Of a stretch of DNA of 64,000 nt, positions 60,777 to 64,000 are shown in pieces. The DNA lies in assembly GCA_963720545.1 (NCBI GenBank), contig OY970399.1, positions 864,001 to 928,000 of the forward strand. Direction: 5' to 3'. A program made the translations under genes and the position numbers. Position 1 is the first letter of the stretch. Each line of letters opens with the position of its first letter. This DNA comes from an uncultured Acidobacteriota bacterium. GTDB lineage: Bacteria > Acidobacteriota > Vicinamibacteria > Fen-336. The notes below the pieces were generated by a model. That model was not told the origin of the DNA. It made no database searches and saw nothing but the letters and a program-made list of their open reading frames with translations.

Positions 60777-62165
60777 TTGGCGACCATCCTTGTTGTCGAC
60801 AACGATCCGGAGACGGTCGGCCTGACGCGGGCGGCCATGGCCCTCGCAGGCCATGAGGTCCTGACGACACTCGACCAGTCGAAGATCATCACGCTCGCCA
60901 AGGCGGCGCACGTGTCGGCCGTGGTTCTCGAGGTGCTGCTGCCCGACTTCTCGGGCTTCGACGTGCTGCGCGCGCTGCGCAAGGACCCGGACACCGCGAA
61001 GATGCCGGTGCTCATCACCTCGGTGCTCGGTTCCGGCGGCGACCGGGTGCGCGGGCTGTATGAGGGCGCCGACGATTACCTGACGAAGCCGTTCGTGCCG
61101 CTCGAGCTGGTGCTGCGCACCCAGCGGCTCATCGCGCGCGCCGAGGCCGACACCGCCCAGGACCAGAGCGAGTCCATCCGCCGCAGCCTGGCGCGCATCG
61201 AGCACCTGCGCGCCGAGGGCAAGCCGCTGACCGAGGTGGTCCTCGGCCGCTACCAGGTCACCGACATCCTCGGCGAAGGCGCCATGGGCACCGTGTTCCG
61301 CGGCTTCGACCCGCGCCTCAAGCGCTCGGTGGCGCTCAAGACCATCCGCCTCGTCGAGCATGTGGTGGAAGGCGACCCGAGCGAGCGCGTCCACCGCCTG
61401 CTGCTCGAGGCGATGATGGTCGCGCAGATCTCGAGCCCCAACATCGTCGCCGTCTACGACGTCGGGCACGCCCGCGACGCCGGCTACATCGTCATGGAGC
61501 TGGTGGACGGCCCCTCGCTGGAGACGCTCCTGGCGCGGGTCGGCAAGCTGACCGCGGCGCAGGCCGTGCCGCTCGCAGCCGCAATGTTCCGCGGCCTCGC
61601 CGCTGCCCACGACCATCGCCTCGTGCATCATGACGTGAAGCCCGGCAACGTGCTGCTGGGGCGCTCCGCCACCGTCAAGCTCACCGACTTCGGCGTCGCG
61701 GAGCTGCTGTCGGGCTGGGTGAAGGACTCGGAGAAGGTGTTCGGCACGCCGGGCTACCTGCCGCCCGAGGCGATCCGCGGCGACGGCTACGACCAGCGCG
61801 GCGACATCTTCGCGGCCGGCGTCGTCCTCTACCAGTGCCTCACCGGCGAGCGCGCGTTCGCCTCGGACACCGTCGAGGGCACGCTGCTGAAGACGGTGCG
61901 CGAACCGCTGCCGGCGACGTCGAAGACCAACGACACCGTGCCCGAGGAGCTCGATGCGCTGGTCGCCGAGCTGACCGCGAAGCACAAGTCGGCGCGCACG
62001 CGCACCGCCACTCTCGCGGCCGAGCGCCTCGAGAAACTGGCGTCGCGGAACGAATGGCGCTGGGACGCGTCGATCCTCGACATCCCCGGACGTCCCGAAG
62101 TCGCTGAGCAGGAGGCGCTTCGCGCGCGCCCCGTGCCGACCGCGCGCGTCGACCCCGCGCCTTAG
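60777..62165 (+). CDS. Receiver domain-Ser/Thr protein kinase fusion
   Basis: ILVVDND..GADDYLTKPF receiver; kinase motifs GEGAMG, VALK, HHDVKPGN and DFG; TTG start after GGAG. Confidence 0.88.
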   Translation: MATILVVDNDPETVGLTRAAMALAGHEVLTTLDQSKIITLAKAAHVSAVVLEVLLPDFSGFDVLRALRKDPDTAKMPVLITSVLGSGGDRVRGLYEGADDYLTKPFVPLELVLRTQRLIARAEADTAQDQSESIRRSLARIEHLRAEGKPLTEVVLGRYQVTDILGEGAMGTVFRGFDPRLKRSVALKTIRLVEHVVEGDPSERVHRLLLEAMMVAQISSPNIVAVYDVGHARDAGYIVMELVDGPSLETLLARVGKLTAAQAVPLAAAMFRGLAAAHDHRLVHHDVKPGNVLLGRSATVKLTDFGVAELLSGWVKDSEKVFGTPGYLPPEAIRGDGYDQRGDIFAAGVVLYQCLTGERAFASDTVEGTLLKTVREPLPATSKTNDTVPEELDALVAELTAKHKSARTRTATLAAERLEKLASRNEWRWDASILDIPGRPEVAEQEALRARPVPTARVDPAP

Positions 62166-62290
62166 CGTCTCGCGCGCGTAACGGCGCCGTCACGAGCCAT
62201 CCTTAGCCTTGACCGGCGAAGGGAAGAAGGCTCAGACTACTCGCGCTTTTTCGAAGCACCCTTCCTCAACGAGAACCCCAGGAGATCCCG

Positions 62291-64000
62291 ATGAACTGGC
62301 GTCCGCGCACCTTCCCCGGATGGCTCGCAATCCTGCTGCTCGGCACCCTCATGCCGGCGGCGCTCGCGCAGAACACGACCACAGGCGGCCTCAGCGGCAC
62401 GATCGCCGACAACAGCGGCGCTGCCCTGCCCGGCGCAACCGTCACCGCGGTGCACACCCCCACGGGCACCCGCTACCAGACCGTGAGCGGAGCAACCGGC
62501 AAGTATTCGCTCCTCAACATGCGCGTCGGAGGCCCGTATGCGGTCAGCGCCACGCTCAGCGGCTTCAAGGACTGGTCGCGCAAGGACGTGTTCGTGAAGC
62601 TCGGCGAGGAGGGCATCGTGAACGCCTCGCTCGAGCTCGGCACGCTTACCGAGGAAGTGACGGTGACGGCAGAGGTCAGCCTCATCAACCCCACCAGCAC
62701 CGGCCCGGCCGCGAACGTCGCGAAGGAAGCGATCGAGAGCCTGCCGACCATCGCCCGCGGGCTCGAGGACTTCGCCCGCGTCTCGCCGTACTTCGACGCC
62801 AAGGGCTCGGGCGACGGCACCGACCGGCCCGTGCTCTCGGTCGCCGGCCGCAACAACCGCTACAACAACATCCAGATCGACGGCGCAGTGAGCAACGACC
62901 TGTTCGCGATCAGCGACTCGAGCGCACCCGGCAACGGTTCGGACGGCCAGCCGATCAGCCTCGACGCGATCCAGGAGATCCAGCTGCTGGTCGCGCCCTA
63001 CGACGTACGCCAGGGCGGTTTCACCGGCGGCGGCCTGAACGCCATCACGCGCAGCGGCGCCAACGCGTTCTCGGGCACCGCCTACTACTTCTTCCGCAAC
63101 GACTCGCTCACCGGTGACGGCCCCACCCACACGCCGATCGCCCCGTACAGCGACAAGCAGTGGGGTGCCAGCCTCGGCGGGCCGATCGCGAAGGACAAGG
63201 CGTTCTTCTTCGCGAACGTGGACATCGCGCGCCGCCAGGCGCCGTCCGGGTTCTCGCTCGATGGCAGCTCCGGCACCAACTGGGGCCACACCGACGAGGT
63301 GGACCGCTTCCTCTCGATCCTGAGCTCGAAGTACAGCTACGATCCGGGCGGCAAGTCGGAGTTCGTGCGCAACGCCAACGCCGACAAGGTGTTCGGCCGC
63401 ATCGACTGGAACCTCGCGCCCAACCACCAGCTGACGCTGCGCCACAATTACCTCAAGGGCGTCACCGACCGCGGCTTCCCCTCGAGCCGTACCTACTACA
63501 TGCCCGACAACTGGTACCAGCCGCACGACAAGGTGCACTCGAGCGTCGCGCAGCTGAACAGCACCTTCGGCACCTCGGTCAACGAGTTCCGCGTCTCCTA
63601 CCAGCGCATCCGCACCGTAACCGACGGCCCGACGCTCTTCCCGCAGGTGATCGTGGACCTCGCCGACGGTTCGCAGATCCGCGCCGGCCGCGAGAACTTC
63701 CGCCATGCGAACGAGCTCGACCAGGACGTCTTCGAGCTGACCGACGACTTCACGCTGCATCGCGGCAATCACACCATCACGCTCGGCACCCACAACGAGT
63801 TCTTCAAGTTCCGCAACCTGTTCATCCGCGACCTGTTCGGCTCGTACCGCTTCAGCAGCCTCGACAACTTCGACGCCGGGCTGGCGCAGCAGTACGACCG
63901 CAGCTTCTCGCTGACGGGCCTCGCCCTGCAGCCCGCGAAGTTCAGCGTGCATCAGCTGGGGTTCTACGCCGGCGACACGTGGCGCGTGCGCTCCAACTTC
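62291..64000 (+). CDS. TonB-dependent receptor (Oar-like), 3' truncated by the window
   Basis: Hand translation from ATG 62291 (AGGAG RBS): GTIADNSGAALPGATVTAVHTPTG, NNIQIDGA, ISLDAIQE and FTGGGLNAITRSG. Confidence 0.92.
   Translation, partial: MNWRPRTFPGWLAILLLGTLMPAALAQNTTTGGLSGTIADNSGAALPGATVTAVHTPTGTRYQTVSGATGKYSLLNMRVGGPYAVSATLSGFKDWSRKDVFVKLGEEGIVNASLELGTLTEEVTVTAEVSLINPTSTGPAANVAKEAIESLPTIARGLEDFARVSPYFDAKGSGDGTDRPVLSVAGRNNRYNNIQIDGAVSNDLFAISDSSAPGNGSDGQPISLDAIQEIQLLVAPYDVRQGGFTGGGLNAITRSGANAFSGTAYYFFRNDSLTGDGPTHTPIAPYSDKQWGASLGGPIAKDKAFFFANVDIARRQAPSGFSLDGSSGTNWGHTDEVDRFLSILSSKYSYDPGGKSEFVRNANADKVFGRIDWNLAPNHQLTLRHNYLKGVTDRGFPSSRTYYMPDNWYQPHDKVHSSVAQLNSTFGTSVNEFRVSYQRIRTVTDGPTLFPQVIVDLADGSQIRAGRENFRHANELDQDVFELTDDFTLHRGNHTITLGTHNEFFKFRNLFIRDLFGSYRFSSLDNFDAGLAQQYDRSFSLTGLALQPAKFSVHQLGFYAGDTWRVRSNF

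Noticed and set aside
59217..61985. 922-aa ORF suggesting a large sugar-kinase fusion; likewise the extended N-termini of ORFs 18439-20436, 48195-50393, 51787-53340 and 49907-51256
   Set aside because: The extensions overlap other real genes in shadow frames. The true starts are at the motif-bearing portion.

Overview
This is a high-GC (about 70% by eye), gene-dense bacterial chromosomal window. The Oar-like TonB-dependent receptors, kinase-TPR proteins and Tat substrates suggest Acidobacteriota; that assignment is an inference. It holds about 57 real genes plus an initiator tRNA-Met, and most of the other ORFs in the track are GC-rich shadow frames. Main blocks, in order: (1) a minus-strand run of a TonB receptor, three Tat-exported hydrolase-fold proteins, CstA and a sensor kinase, where two M24-fold paralogues share a non-canonical metal site; (2) mixed hydrolases and oxidoreductases, including a cytochrome b-molybdoenzyme fusion; (3) a compositionally odd, hairpin-rich stretch next to the tRNA 3' end; (4) the most striking item, a tandemly duplicated two-gene module of [Zn-ribbon-Ser/Thr kinase-TM-periplasmic TPR receptor] + [small exported beta-rich protein with a conserved Cys pair and a KY..EDPxI C-terminus], which resembles paired receptor-kinase/ligand cassettes, with copy 1 carrying a 1-nt frameshift; (5) a WYL regulator coupled to an ABC-F gene; (6) nucleoside salvage and amino-sugar recycling genes interrupted by a YciI-ECF sigma-anti-sigma(YciI) cassette; (7) a pseudo-receiver-Ser/Thr kinase and a second, truncated TonB receptor. 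I saw no CRISPR array, rRNA, transposase or integrase. All calls come from motif reading, with no database searches.
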